A stretch of 64,000 nucleotides of DNA from an uncultured Methanomicrobiaceae archaeon (GCA_963826525.1 CAWGXH010000005.1:1-64000), one strand, 5' to 3'; counted from the first letter of the stretch, positions 45,798 to 57,364 are shown. Made by a program: numbers and translations. The notes: generated from the sequence alone by a model not told the origin.

Positions 45798-46982
45798 ATG
45801 AGATTATATCGTGGTCTGATTTTGGTGGCAGTCGCGGTTCTCTTCTTCGGCGTTGCGGCATCGGCCCAGGAAGCAGGAAATGCAACCGAATCAAACAGTG
45901 TGGCCCCTGCTCCTGCCTCAGTCGGAGCAGATGTACCCCTCACCTACTTTGGCCCTGCTCCCTCGACCTTCGATCCCGAGCTGGTCGGTCCAAACCAGCT
46001 GTTACGAGCCGGAACGATGGACCTTGAGGCCAGCACCATCACCCTGCCGCTGTACGAAGGCCAACTGGCAGACGGCAGAAAGGTCTGGTACATACTCACG
46101 GATACGGACAATAAAGGGAATGCGGATGCTCTGGGTTTGAACTGGGCACCCAAGTTAACGTATACGGACGTTGGCCGGGGAGCAAGAACGGCAACGCTGG
46201 AACAGAATGCAACATTAACTTTTGAGAACGGAACCGTCGATTTCGGGCCTGAACGTATGGTAGTGCCCGGGCCGGCTCCGAATGCCTTCCCGCCCACGAA
46301 TGCCACGCCCGGATCGGTGGGAGACGAATATTACAGCCCTCTGGTCCGCATTGTGAATGCCGGCGGCGCTATCTATAACGCACCCATGATAGCCTTCAAC
46401 GTTTCCCGTGAGGAACTCAACTTCTCCAACGGAACTCCTGATTACAGCATCGTGCACGATAAGGTAGTCGGCATCGATCTGACCAACAATACCGTCACGA
46501 TCGCACTCACGCAGGGATTCAGTTTCGCCAAACCCGTACTCTACCTGAGCACCGACGCCAGCGTTCCTCTTGCAGCCGCCCTCGAAGGTGCAACCTATGC
46601 ACCGGCACTCGGCAGCATTCCGGTCGGTGGGGATGACAGCGCTTTCAGCGGTGTAGAGAGAATCTTTGTATTCACCAACGGGCCGACCGGTGTGGACAAC
46701 CCCCAGCGGCAGGGATTGAACAGCGCTCTGCTGGACAACCGTTCGCCCCTGAATGTCTTCGGCGGTATTCCTACCGTTGCCAACGATTACAGCCCCCTCT
46801 GGGACATGAACCTCGGTGAGTGGACGAATGCGTCCATCGAAAATGGATATCGGTCGCGGTTGACGGAAGAGTTCCAGATCCTGGGATTTGTTCAGGACGG
46901 ATATATCACCGGGCCAGGCGGGGCGCCGTACGGCTCGGTCGGCATCATCGTGAACTGTCCGATTGCTTACCGGTTCCTCTGA
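45798..46982 (+). CDS. Secreted hypothetical protein
   Basis: Signal peptide LILVAVAVLFFGVAASA-Q; intact ORF of about 394 aa; two YSPL motifs. Confidence 0.8.
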   Translation: MRLYRGLILVAVAVLFFGVAASAQEAGNATESNSVAPAPASVGADVPLTYFGPAPSTFDPELVGPNQLLRAGTMDLEASTITLPLYEGQLADGRKVWYILTDTDNKGNADALGLNWAPKLTYTDVGRGARTATLEQNATLTFENGTVDFGPERMVVPGPAPNAFPPTNATPGSVGDEYYSPLVRIVNAGGAIYNAPMIAFNVSREELNFSNGTPDYSIVHDKVVGIDLTNNTVTIALTQGFSFAKPVLYLSTDASVPLAAALEGATYAPALGSIPVGGDDSAFSGVERIFVFTNGPTGVDNPQRQGLNSALLDNRSPLNVFGGIPTVANDYSPLWDMNLGEWTNASIENGYRSRLTEEFQILGFVQDGYITGPGGAPYGSVGIIVNCPIAYRFL

Positions 46983-47215
46983 GCAACAGACCCGGACAAC
47001 CCCTTTTTTCCGGTTCTCGCCCGGTGCCGTCACGTCAGGTAGTGCGAGGAGCCTTTTTGAGTACCTCCATCCCCGGGTCTTCCTTCTCTTCTCCTCCCCT
47101 GGCGATACGGAGAAAACGGACACGGATGGATCGAGCACCGTGCCTGGCAACGTGACTACTCACCCTACTACTGTAAAAGCCCCTTCGGTTCTTTCATGCC
47201 GTGCCGATGAGGAGT

Positions 47216-47626
47216 TTATTTCCACTCCCACGTCTTGTCCCGGATCGTCCCGTCGGGGGCGATCTCAACCTCGAAGACCAGCGCCACATTGTTGAGCCGG
47301 CTCAGGGCGGGCGACGTGGTCTGAAGATACCGGACTCCCCGCATGCTCCACCCGGGGCCTTTGCTCGGAACGCTGATCCCGGATCCGTACACGATGGCCT
47401 TTTCTCCGGTGCTCGTCATCACGATCCCGCTGCCTTTCGAGAACACGCCGCCCTGAGGGCGATCCTCGGACCAGAACGTGGCAATAATGGTCACTTCGAT
47501 GCCGAGCATCGTTCCCTTCGACTCCGTGGTCCTTTCGAGTTTCGGTTCTCCCCCATAATGGCGGACAATACGCTGTCCGATCACGGTGCCTGTCACTTCT
47601 GCGATCATCTCACCGATCATGCTCAT
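47216..47626 (-). CDS. Hypothetical beta-rich protein
   Basis: Intact ORF ending KTWEWK; alternating beta-strand pattern. Confidence 0.7.
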   Translation of the reverse strand: MSMIGEMIAEVTGTVIGQRIVRHYGGEPKLERTTESKGTMLGIEVTIIATFWSEDRPQGGVFSKGSGIVMTSTGEKAIVYGSGISVPSKGPGWSMRGVRYLQTTSPALSRLNNVALVFEVEIAPDGTIRDKTWEWK

Positions 47627-47760
47627 CGCCGGGCGTGTCAGGCACGTCAACGGGGATAAAGTTATCTTCGCAGATCCCCCTGCCGCGGGGATCGGGCACT
47701 CTTCCTATAGTCAATGCATTGCTGGCGGGTTTTTTTCGGGTTCGCATGAACCGCAGACGC

Positions 47761-48895
47761 TCATCCTGCCTCTCCCCCGTCCCCTCCGTCTTCGGGAGGA
47801 AACATCATCACCCTGCGGGTGGCGTAGTATCCGGCCAGGGCGGCGATGACGACGATGATCAGGACCTCCCACTGCAGGAAGACGAGCGCCACGATGGGGA
47901 TCACCGCGGCCGGCATCTTCAGTACGCAGATGATCATTCCTGCCATGACGGCGGGGACGGCGACGGTGAGTGGAATGAAGGGGAAGAGGGCGCTGACGGC
48001 AAGGCCGAGCGAGCCCCCCGCAAAGATCAGGGGGAAGATGGGTCCGCCCTTGAAGAGCGTTGCCATGCACCACGTGCTGGCGAGGATCTTCACCGCGACG
48101 AGCAGCAGCAGCACGATCGCACCGGTGGTCGCACCCGCGTCGAGAACGGTCTTGAACTCATTCTGGCCCGAGAAGAGCACGAGCGGAAAGATTGTTCCGG
48201 CGATGCCGAGGCCTACGCCCCCGGCAACTCCCCTGATCAGGTATCGCCCGGCGAGGGGAGAGAGCAGCCGGCTGAAGAAGTGAAACGACATAATGAACAG
48301 GACTCCCGCCGCCGCACCGGCGAGGCCGAGGATCACGGCGTAGAGCAGGTAGAGCGGGAGGAACTCCCCGAGCGGGGGAACGGGGTACAGGGCGCCGCCG
48401 GTTGTCCGGTTGATAAAGAGGTAGAGCCCGAACCCGGCCAGGCTTCCGAAGATACCGATGGTCGCCAGCGTCCGTACCCGGTTCTGCAGCCGGTCGCCTG
48501 CCAGGGTTCCCATGCTCCCGCCCATATCGATGGCGGCCACCTCGGGCCCGAGACTTGCCCCGAAGACCAGGGAGAGGTAGATGGAGAGCAGCCCGGCGGG
48601 AAGGTACCGGGGCTCGAACCGGCCGGTCTTCCGGAACTCCGTGAGGCTCTGCTGGAGCAGCAGCACGTGGTCGCCGAAGACGTGCAGGCACAATCCCACC
48701 ACCAGGCCGCCGGCGGTCGTAAGGATCAGGGTGAAGAAGGGAATGGGAGGAGTCTCCGGCCAGAGGAGCCCCTCTCCCGCGGTACTGCACCGCAAGAAAG
48801 ATCATCATCCCTCCTACGGCCACCACAGCGAGCAGGGCGGCGACGAGCACGAACCGGAGGAATTCCCGGTCGGCGAGTTTATAGGATACCGTCAT
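47761..48895 (-). CDS. ClC family chloride channel/transporter
   Basis: GASLGPEVAA, FKGGPIFPLIFAG, LFSGQ; 5' frameshift. Confidence 0.85.
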
Positions 48896-49104
48896 TCTCC
48901 GTCCTCCTTTGGGCGGCCTGCCCCGGTTCCGCCGTGCAGGGTTGGGGCTGCTGTCATAGGGGGGTCCACGTTCCCCTCATTGATCGGACTGATATATATG
49001 TCGACCGCGAAGCGAGTCGCGTTGGCGGGCATCGCCCTATCGATTACCGTGCCCGGCGGGGATACCGGCGAGGGGAAAAGGGAAGGGATCCGGATTGGGA
49101 GCGG

Positions 49105-49524
49105 CTACGGGAGCCGCTCCCAGAGCATGGCATAGATGACGCCGATGAGCGGAAAACCGACGATGCCGAAGAGAAGGTTTTCAAAGTAGAATCCGGCCGG
49201 GTAGTTCATCGATGTAAAGGTGATAAAGACGTTCGGCACCGTATAGATGAGGAAGAGTGCCGCACCGAAGGTCGCACCTTTGCTATTCGGCGAACCCCGC
49301 AGCGAGCCATGCACCAGATCGAAGACGACGGCCGCCGCAAACGACAGGATAAACGGGGAGGCGAAGAAGAACAGCATCAGCGGATCGTCGGCCGGACGGA
49401 TGCCGCCCAGCGTGAAGATATCATAGGGGGCGGCGGCCAGTACAATCGCCGAGACGACGAAGTTCACGACGAAGAGGATCATGCCGCCGATGAATCCTCC
49501 TGCAAGGATATTTTTCGCATTCAT
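49105..49524 (-). CDS. 4-TM membrane protein
   Basis: Intact hydrophobic 139-aa ORF. Confidence 0.7.
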   Translation of the reverse strand: MNAKNILAGGFIGGMILFVVNFVVSAIVLAAAPYDIFTLGGIRPADDPLMLFFFASPFILSFAAAVVFDLVHGSLRGSPNSKGATFGAALFLIYTVPNVFITFTSMNYPAGFYFENLLFGIVGFPLIGVIYAMLWERLP

Positions 49525-49653
49525 GGATGTTCACGGGACGGATCTCTCTTTGGATGCCTCAAAATGTTTCTTTTTTAATCCGGCGGCGATACTTGCCGTA
49601 TCAAAAGATACGCGAACCGGTTGCCGCCGTCGCGGGAAGGAGATGGCATGCAC

Positions 49654-50624
49654 TCACCCGAAGATCAGCATCGCGAACGGTATCGTCACCAGGCTGACGA
49701 GGTAGGTTGCAATCACGGAGAGCTGCTGCAAGCGGCCCGTCGCAGCCGTAGCGGCTGGCGAGAACCGCCGCAATCGCACCGGACGGCATAGCCGCCTCGA
49801 GGAACAGAACCTGCTGTGCGAGCAGCGGAAAACCGATTGCGTATGCCCCGCCCAGTGCGAGGGCAGGCTGCAGGATCATCTTGACGAATACGACCAGCCC
49901 GAGGAGCGGGAGGAATGCCTTTACCTTCAGGGGACGGAGCATGAGGCCGATGGCTATCCAGACCAGCAGTTCGAGGGAATGGTTGATCACCGAGAAGAAT
50001 CCCGTGAACACGTCGGAGAATGCGCCTGCTCCCGGGATGTGAAAACCTGACAATGATGGCGGATGCGATGAGGCCGAGGAGAAAGGCGATGAAGATGGGC
50101 GTGGCCAGGAATTCCTTGAGCGTCGTGATGATACTGTGACCCTGCTTCTCTTCGTCCATGCCGAAATACTCTGCAACTATCACGCCGATGGTGAAGAAGG
50201 GGATCGCAACGCCGAAAGTGCCGCCCACCAGCCCCTGGGCCACCGCTACGCTCTCTGCCCCGTAGGCGGCAATGATGAGCGGGGCGGCAAAGGTCGCGGT
50301 GCTGCCGAACGCGGCTACGATAACGACGGAACCGGTCGTCTTCGACGGGAGCCCGAGCGCCCGGCAGCCCCCGTACGCCACGATACCGGAGAGGATGATG
50401 GCCAGGAACAGGATGCCTGCGGTGACCATCCACTCCGGCCGGAAGGTCATGGTTGCAAGGCTTGAGAAGATGACGGCGGGAAGTGCGAGCTCGGTGACGA
50501 GACGGTCGAAGACCGGCTGGTGGCTGTCGTTAAAGACTCCTCTCCGTTTGAGGACCCGGATAATCAGAACGATAAGAATGAAGGTAATGACGAACTGGTA
50601 CAGGAGAGTGTTTATCTCCGTCAT
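49654..50624 (-). CDS. AEC (auxin efflux carrier) family transporter, frameshifted
   Basis: LVTELALPAVIF, KMILQP, EAAMPSG, RYGCD. Confidence 0.85.
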
Positions 50625-50714
50625 GGCAGCATCCGCCTCGTTTTTCGTGTGTGCAGCATCGTTGGGTTCATGTTTATGTTCCGGCTGGTATGGACTCTGG
50701 TTCTCACGTTCGGC

Positions 50715-51669
50715 TCAGATAACCAGGAAGGATATGAGCGGGATGGTCACGAGGCTCACGAGGTAGGTTGCAATCACCATATTCGAGGCAAGCGGCCCGT
50801 CGCAGCCGTACCGGTCGGCGATGACCGCTGCAACCGCCCCGGAGGGCATCGCAGCCTCGATCACCAGGATCTCTACGGGGAGGGCCGCGAGCCCCGCGGC
50901 TGAAGCTCCGCCGAGGACGAGCAGGGGCTGGAGGATCATCTTGAGAGCGACGATGATACCGAGCACCGCAAGGAAACTCCTGACCTGGATTGGCCGCAGC
51001 ATAAGGCCGACGGTTATGGCGACCAGCATCTCGAGCCCGTCGCGTAAAATACCCGAAGAAGTTCACCGCAAAATCGGAGTTCATGAACGCCGATGCCGGC
51101 GGTATCTGTGCGACGATCAACCCGAGGAGGAATGCGATAAAGATGGGAGACTTGAGGAAGTTTATGACGACCGGTCGTATCTCGGGCTTCGCCGTTCCCT
51201 CCCTGCTCCCGAAGTAGGCTGCAATCAGGACGCCGATGGTAAAGAACGGGATGCAGACTCCGAACTCTCCGACGACGATCCCGAAGATCATTCCCTCGCT
51301 GTCAAGCCCGTAGGTCTGGCTGATGAGGGGGTATGCAAGGGTGGAGGTGCTCCCGAACCCTGCGAGCAGCACGATAGAACCGGTCGTCCGGTACGAAAGA
51401 CGCATTGCCCTGCATATAAGATAGGCGATGCCGCAGCAGGTGAGGATGGCTCCGAGCATGATGCCGGCGGAGAGGATCTGGTCGGGTGTGATGGAACTGA
51501 CGGCGAGCGTGGAGAAGATAGTCGCGGGGAGCGCAAGCTCGGTGATCAGCCGGTTGAAGACCGGTTGGTGGCTGTTATTGAAGATCCCCTGCCGTTTTAG
51601 AACCTGGATGAAAACAACCAGGAGGAAAAATATCGTGACCGACTGCAGGAGCAGGTTCAGGTGATCCAT
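50715..51669 (-). CDS. AEC family transporter, tandem paralog, frameshifted
   Basis: LITELALPATIF, KMILQP, EAAMPSG, RYGCD. Confidence 0.85.
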
Positions 51670-51955
51670 GATACGTCAATCTAATGCACGTATTCGGTAT
51701 TTCCCGTTATAAATATATCGAGATCGGCTCCTCCGTAGAATCCTTCTTCCGGAAAAATCAGAGAGATGCGCTGTAAAGAGGGAGAATAGACGGTGCAGGT
51801 AGCCTTAACGCGGCCGTGAAAACCCTGCAGAAAAAGACGCTTCCGCTGGTCAGAGCCGGATACCGTCGCTATATTTTCTGGAGCCCTAGGACTCCCCACG
51901 GTTAATCTCACGTTCGGTTGGAGTGCTCTGTATCTTTTTGTCCGCAGTCGGCGAG

Positions 51956-53312
51956 TCAAACCCCCGGGCTGCCCGAAGCGATCTTCCGGAGGCGTGAACC
52001 GGAACGCCGCCCCTTCCTCCGGGCGGCCCGGCACCCGATCCTCCGCCCAGATGGCACCGCCGTAGCGCTCGATGAGTACCTGCACGAGATAAAGCCCGAG
52101 TCCTTCACCGACGCCCCGTTTCTTCTGCTCGTACCGGTGGAAGACCGCCTGCTTATCCGCGTCGGGGATCCCCGGGGCCGGTATCCTCGACCGAGACCCG
52201 GACGAACTCGTCCTCTTCTTCCACCCGGATGACAACCTCGACATCGGGGCCGCCGAACTTGACGGCATTGCCGATCAGGTTCGCGAAGACCTCCGAGAGG
52301 AGGTCGTCGGCCCAGACCTGGCGGTGGGCCATATCGTAATGGATGATCTTCTCGGGGAATTGTGCGATCTCCTCGCGGATAACTTATCCAGATCCACGCG
52401 CTTGTGTCCGCCGGATGGCTGATGGATCCGCCGGATCGTGGAGACGTTACGGAGGATCTCAATGCTTTTCCGGATACTTCGCTGCAGTTTCTCCGTGTAT
52501 CGTCCGTGCATCTCCGTCCTGGGTCTCGATAAGCAGATCGGTATAGAGGTTCGAGACGTTCTCGGTGTTGCGGATATCGTGGGTGAGGATATCGAGGTAC
52601 AGGTTCGCCTCGCGGTTCGCCGAACCGAGTTGCCGGTGGAGCCGGGCAAGGTCGTCCGTGTGGCGCCGGAGCGCTTCCTCGGCCTGCTTCCTCTCGGTGA
52701 TATCGGTGAACATGGCAAAGGATCCGGCAAATCTGCCGTCCCCGTCCCTCTGGGCGGTGGCAGAGACCAGAACCCACCTGATAGCTGCCGTCCCTGTGCC
52801 GGAGGCGGCACTCATATCTGCCGCCAAGACCCTGCTCTCTCTCCGCCATGCGGCTTCGGTGATTGTCGAGTTCTTCCGTAAAAAGAAAGTCGGTTACCGG
52901 CCGGCCGAGCATCTCCTCGACCGAATAACCGAGCATCCCGGCCATTTTCTGGTTGACGTAGGTGGTCGTGTAAGCGGCTGTCTATCTGCAGGATGCCCTC
53001 GTTCGCCATCTCTACGATGGAGCGGAACTTCTCCTCACTCTTCTGCAGGGCTTCCTCCGTCTCTCTCCGCTCGTTCGCTTCGGCTACCAGCATCGTGAGG
53101 AGGGCCTGCTGTTTGCGGAGGGCGAAGTATGCAGCGGTCGTGGCGAGCAGGGTGGTGAAGATGACGGTATGCAGGTGCGAGTCCGCGAGCGACTGATCTC
53201 GGGATAGAGATAGTCCTTGATGAACTGGTAGATGCTCATCAGGGCGAAGGTGAAGACCCCCACCTTTCCGAGCGTGAGATACAGGCTGACGGGTTGAGAC
53301 TCTCTTATTCAT
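51956..53312 (-). CDS. PAS sensor histidine kinase, multiply frameshifted or pseudogene
   Basis: EKFRSIVEMANEGI, ANREANLYLDILTHDI, GVGEGLGL; kinase core paralogous to 39665-40400; start uncertain. Confidence 0.78.
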
Positions 53313-53789
53313 GCGCGCCCCACGGGGAAGTAGTGCAGTATTTCCTGCGTAGCGTGATACCATCGATGTATCGGGGATTTCATGTAATACCGGAACCTGA
53401 CGGGATCACTGCCCTGAAAATCCTCTTCTGCCGACTCGTTTCGGATAGAGAGGATCGGAACCGGAGAAATCCGTCTCGACCCTCTCTCGATCGCATTCTC
53501 TCCCGCGATACAATAAAATTTCCCCGGCGGTCAGGGTTTTCGGTGAAGAGTGCCGAGTTACAGAATGCCTATCCGGGTACCCGGGGAAACCGGCCGATAC
53601 CCCGCGATGCTCTCTGCCCTGCAGACGGCACTGACGAGCGGCTTCACGACCTCTGCCGTATCGTTCCGTGCTGCAAATCCGAGCGTGATGATACATTCAC
53701 CGCCCTCAGGGAGCGCGACACTGCAGGCTCAGATCGACGAGGTGGTATCCCTGCTCCGGTAACCGCCTGCTCTCGGAGAGGAGGAATCG

Positions 53790-53963
53790 GTCTGCGTTTT
53801 GACCGGTGTTACGAAGCATTTCCCGTCCACGTTGCAGAGGTCGTACGCCGAAGGCAGTTCTTCAAGGACCTGGGCACGCTGCCCCGGTGCCGTTCAGCAG
53901 AAAGATCCCAGAGGCAAAGAGTATGGCTCCGATGAGAAATGCGGCGAGGATCCGAAGATCCAT
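53790..53963 (-). pseudogene. N-terminal remnant of a secreted papain-like (C1A) peptidase
   Basis: Signal peptide MDLRILAAFLIGAILFASG, then LPSAYDLCNVDGKCFVTPVKTQ; catalytic region absent. Confidence 0.55.
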
Positions 53964-54109
53964 ATCAAAAATACGCCATTCTCCTTCGCTGCCCTGCAGG
54001 GAAAATGGGGTGAAGTGTTAGCGATCCGCAGTAGTCAGACTGATACTGAAGCACTCGGCACTGCCAAGATCGCTATCGAAGTCCGCCGTATAGGAGACGA
54101 GCGCCGGGT

Positions 54110-54640
54110 TACTGCCCGACCAGCCTGAAGACGGCGGCGTCGTCGGGCAGGGGCGGATCCATCGGTGCATCGACGTCCTTCTGGATGACATGCCTGACCT
54201 GGTCTAGATTCGCGGCGTTCACCTTCCTCCTTGAACGCTGTTCGGTTCTCGTCGGAGGTGGAGGAACCAGTCTGCCGCTTCCGCGACCGTCGGGTCGCAC
54301 GGAACCCACTCGTAGCCGGCAGGGAGGTACTCGGCCAAGAAGTGCGTGCCGGGAGCATCGGCGACCGGCAGAACGCGGCGAAGAGCATGCTCTGCGTCCC
54401 GCAGTCGCCGTGGCCGGTCTCGAACATATACGTGGACTCCGCGACCTTCGGCTCCCGGGCGTCGAGCGAACCGTGCGGGGCGTGGCTGTAGGGATAGCTT
54501 CCGATGATATAGTGATCTGATCGTCTTCGCCCGGAGGTGCGGGTTCGTGCTACGTTCCCGACGATCTCTGAGGGCCTTCTCCCGGATTGCGTCCGTTATC
54601 TCGATGTTTCGCTCTGATTGCGTGTAGAGGCGCTACTCGG
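54110..54640 (-). pseudogene. Transglutaminase-like domain gene remnant
   Basis: YSHAPH...ETGHGDCGTQSMLFAAFCRS, EWVPCDPTVA; internal deletions. Confidence 0.65.
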
Positions 54641-54885
54641 GATCGGCGTGTCGTACCTCCCGACCAATTCGGGGCTATGTCGAACCGCTGCTCATTCTCC
54701 AGGTGAACGCGATCTCCGCCGTGATGGTCAGCCGGCACCTATATGGCAGAGATCGGCCTTCGCTACCTCACTATCCCGATCATCGCCGTCGGGATCGGGT
54801 ATGCGGCAGAGCAGGCGGTGCGAGGGATGGGATAACCTCCCCTGCAAGCGCTTATCACCGCCTACGTCCATACGGCCGGACCGCC

Positions 54886-55419
54886 ATGCCTCCCTGCAGG
54901 GACATCTTCGACTGCGAGATGCGTATCCGCTCAAGCGACCATGAGATCGCCTGCATCTTCGAGGACTACGAAACGCTCCTGAAAGGCGGGATCACGCAGC
55001 ATTACATCTTCGGTGTCGGGTTTACCGAGGAGGAGTTCGCGCTGATGCGGCAGAAGATCCTGACCCACAACCATACCGGGCCGTATACGAACTCGTTCTC
55101 GCTCGGGGACGTGCTGAAGGCTGCCGAGGCAGACCTCCGGGAGATCCGGGTGGTCGGGCGGCGGTTCACGTTCTCGATGAAGCCGGGCGGTGACGGGTGG
55201 CCGCCGCCGGAGGCGATCCGGGAGCGGTATCGGGAGATCGAGAACGATTACCGCTTTTACCTGGAGTTCCGGCTCCGGTATCTCGCGGTCGCCCGCAGGG
55301 AGGGTATCCCGGAGAAAGAAGATGCCCGTCTCTTCAACCACCTGATCTGGGAGCGTCTCTCCCGGGAGATGGGTCTTTCATATACGCGGCAGGACTGGCC
55401 GGTACCGGGGGAAAAATAA
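54886..55419 (+). CDS. Hypothetical protein with JAB/MPN-like motif
   Basis: HEIACIF...ILTHNHTGPYTNSFSLGDV. Confidence 0.6.
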   Translation: MPPCRDIFDCEMRIRSSDHEIACIFEDYETLLKGGITQHYIFGVGFTEEEFALMRQKILTHNHTGPYTNSFSLGDVLKAAEADLREIRVVGRRFTFSMKPGGDGWPPPEAIRERYREIENDYRFYLEFRLRYLAVARREGIPEKEDARLFNHLIWERLSREMGLSYTRQDWPVPGEK

Positions 55420-55468
55420 GTTAAAATCTGGCTCTTTAATCTCCTGCCGGAAATAATGGTGATACCTG

Positions 55469-55906
55469 ATGCCCCGATTGATCCTCCCCGACGAACTGGA
55501 CGGCCTGCTCCAGCTCTACCGGACTCTGCACCCGGAAGACCCGGTCTGCACCGATGCCGCTCGCCTGGAGTCGCTCTGGCGGGAAATATGCGACGATCCG
55601 AATCTCTTCTGCATTGTCCACGAAGAAGACGACATGCCGGTTTCGTCCTGCACCCTCGCCGTCATCAGGAACCTCACGCGGGGGCTCCGGCCGTACGGGG
55701 TGATCGAGAACGTCATCACGCGCCCCGGATACCGGCGCAGGGGCTACGGGACAGAGGTGCTGCACGAGGCGCTCCGCATCGCACGGGAGCGGGACTGCTA
55801 TAAAGTGATGCTCTTGACGGGGGCGAGGGACGAAGGAACCCTGCGGTTCTACGAGAACGCCGGGTTCAAGCGGGGCGTGAAGGCGGGTTTTGTCGTCTCC
55901 CTGTGA
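55469..55906 (+). CDS. GNAT N-acetyltransferase
   Basis: NLTRGLRPYGVIENVIT...RRRGYG...CYKVMLLTG...FYENAGF. Confidence 0.9.
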   Translation: MPRLILPDELDGLLQLYRTLHPEDPVCTDAARLESLWREICDDPNLFCIVHEEDDMPVSSCTLAVIRNLTRGLRPYGVIENVITRPGYRRRGYGTEVLHEALRIARERDCYKVMLLTGARDEGTLRFYENAGFKRGVKAGFVVSL

Positions 55907-55933
55907 CGCCCTTCGTCCGACCAACGGGGAACC

Positions 55934-56128
55934 CTATTTTGAGACCCTTCCGAATGTCGGGATCTCGTACGGGTAGAACTTGCTCTTCTCTGCAAGGCAG
56001 ACCGGACAGCGCCAGTCTTCGGGCAGGTCTTCAAACGTGGTTCCGGGTGCGATGGTATCGGCCGGCTCGCCCTTCTTCGGGTCGTAGACGTGCCCGCAGA
56101 TGGAGCACTGGTACATATCCATGGTCAT
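55934..56128 (-). CDS. Rubredoxin
   Basis: [12 protein letters not shown]...[16 protein letters not shown]. Confidence 0.93.
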   Translation of the reverse strand: MTMDMYQCSICGHVYDPKKGEPADTIAPGTTFEDLPEDWRCPVCLAEKSKFYPYEIPTFGRVSK

Positions 56129-56187
56129 TGGAAGATGGGTATCCCTCACGAGAAGAAAAAGGTGCGGGCTCCGGAGAGAGGTGCTTT

Positions 56188-56736
56188 TCAGATCTCCTTC
56201 TGCATCCAGACGACGTCGAAGGCCACGCCTCGTTTCCTGCCGACGTTCCTGAACCTGCCGCATTCGGTGAACCCGTTCTTTTCGTGGAAGCGGATGCTCC
56301 CAACGTTGCGGGAGGAGATGCCGGCAAGAATGCAGGTGATGCCCCTCCTCTTCCCTTCCCGCTCGAGGTGCGCGAGCATCCGGGATCCGAGCCCCTTTCC
56401 GGTCAATGCCGGGTCGATGAAGTACGTGATCTCGGCGGTGTGAGCAAACGCGGGGATGGGGCTGTGCGGGCGGAGCATCCCGAACCCGGAAAATCGGCCG
56501 TCGGCGTCCTGCACGGCAACCGAGGGGTAATCTCTCGCGATCGCGAGGAAGATATCGAAGAATTCGTACGGCACCTTCTGCTCGGGGTATGCCGCGAAGG
56601 TGTTCTCGATGTAGTAGTTGAAGAGATCGATGACCGCCTCCCGGTCGCCGGCCTCGATCGGCCTCATCGAGCACTCAGGTAGTCTGGAGATCCCATCATC
56701 GGCGAGGTCGCGGTTCATCTGCGCATCGGAAGTCAT
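56188..56736 (-). CDS. GNAT acetyltransferase (phosphinothricin/YncA-like)
   Basis: [32 protein letters not shown]. Confidence 0.88.
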   Translation of the reverse strand: MTSDAQMNRDLADDGISRLPECSMRPIEAGDREAVIDLFNYYIENTFAAYPEQKVPYEFFDIFLAIARDYPSVAVQDADGRFSGFGMLRPHSPIPAFAHTAEITYFIDPALTGKGLGSRMLAHLEREGKRRGITCILAGISSRNVGSIRFHEKNGFTECGRFRNVGRKRGVAFDVVWMQKEI

Positions 56737-56830
56737 GCTATCACAGGCACCTGTATCGGAAATAGGATAGATGCTAAACTATTTGGGCTCGCCGCTCTGC
56801 GGGGTGAGCGGGTGTCGGTGAAATCAGTTG

Positions 56831-57364
56831 TTACTCGATAGGTTTGCGGTTGCTCTCCAAAAACCGCTTTGTAACGGCTTCTCTCACTGCAGGGCAGGAG
56901 TCGAGCATCCCTTCGATCTCGCCGAGGACGCGTCGCAGGTTTTTGGCGGCGTCCGGGTCGAATCCGGCGATCTCTTCGACCATTTTCCTGTTCACGGTCT
57001 CGTGGTAGAGCCGGTGCCACGCGAAGGCCTCTCTCCCCCGATCCGTCAGGTGCAGGACGACGGTTTTTCTATCGCCCTCCCTGCCGCCCCGTTCGAGGTA
57101 GCCCTTCGCCGCAAGTTTCTTCGCCGTCTGTGAAACGGCGCCTTTCGTGATGCCGAGCCGGGATGCTATCTCGGAAACGCTCTCGTCCGGGTGCCGTCCG
57201 GCCGCATCGATCAGGTGGACTTCGGAGGCATGCAGCAGGACGCCGTGCCCGATATCGACCGGCTCCCGCTCGATCGCCGCCGCTTTGTTCAGGAGCCGGG
57301 CAATCAGATCCACGATCTCGGTCGCGGCCGCCTCCGAACCCGCCTCGCCTGAATTGTTTACCAT
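56831..57364 (-). CDS. MarR family regulator
   Basis: EIASRLGITKGAVSQTAKKLAAKGYL...DRK...LTDRG. Confidence 0.9.
   Translation of the reverse strand: MVNNSGEAGSEAAATEIVDLIARLLNKAAAIEREPVDIGHGVLLHASEVHLIDAAGRHPDESVSEIASRLGITKGAVSQTAKKLAAKGYLERGGREGDRKTVVLHLTDRGREAFAWHRLYHETVNRKMVEEIAGFDPDAAKNLRRVLGEIEGMLDSCPAVREAVTKRFLESNRKPIE

Noticed and set aside
48896-49104. Fluoride riboswitch upstream of the ClC gene
   Set aside because: A GGCGATG is present but lies upstream of the likely TATA box and lacks the pseudoknot partner; the ClC has GPEVA, not the GREGT motif of fluoride exporters
47635-49578. Long antisense ORFs (647 aa here; also 23934-25370, 39725-41116)
   Set aside because: Shadow frames of real genes in GC-rich DNA with no recognisable domains
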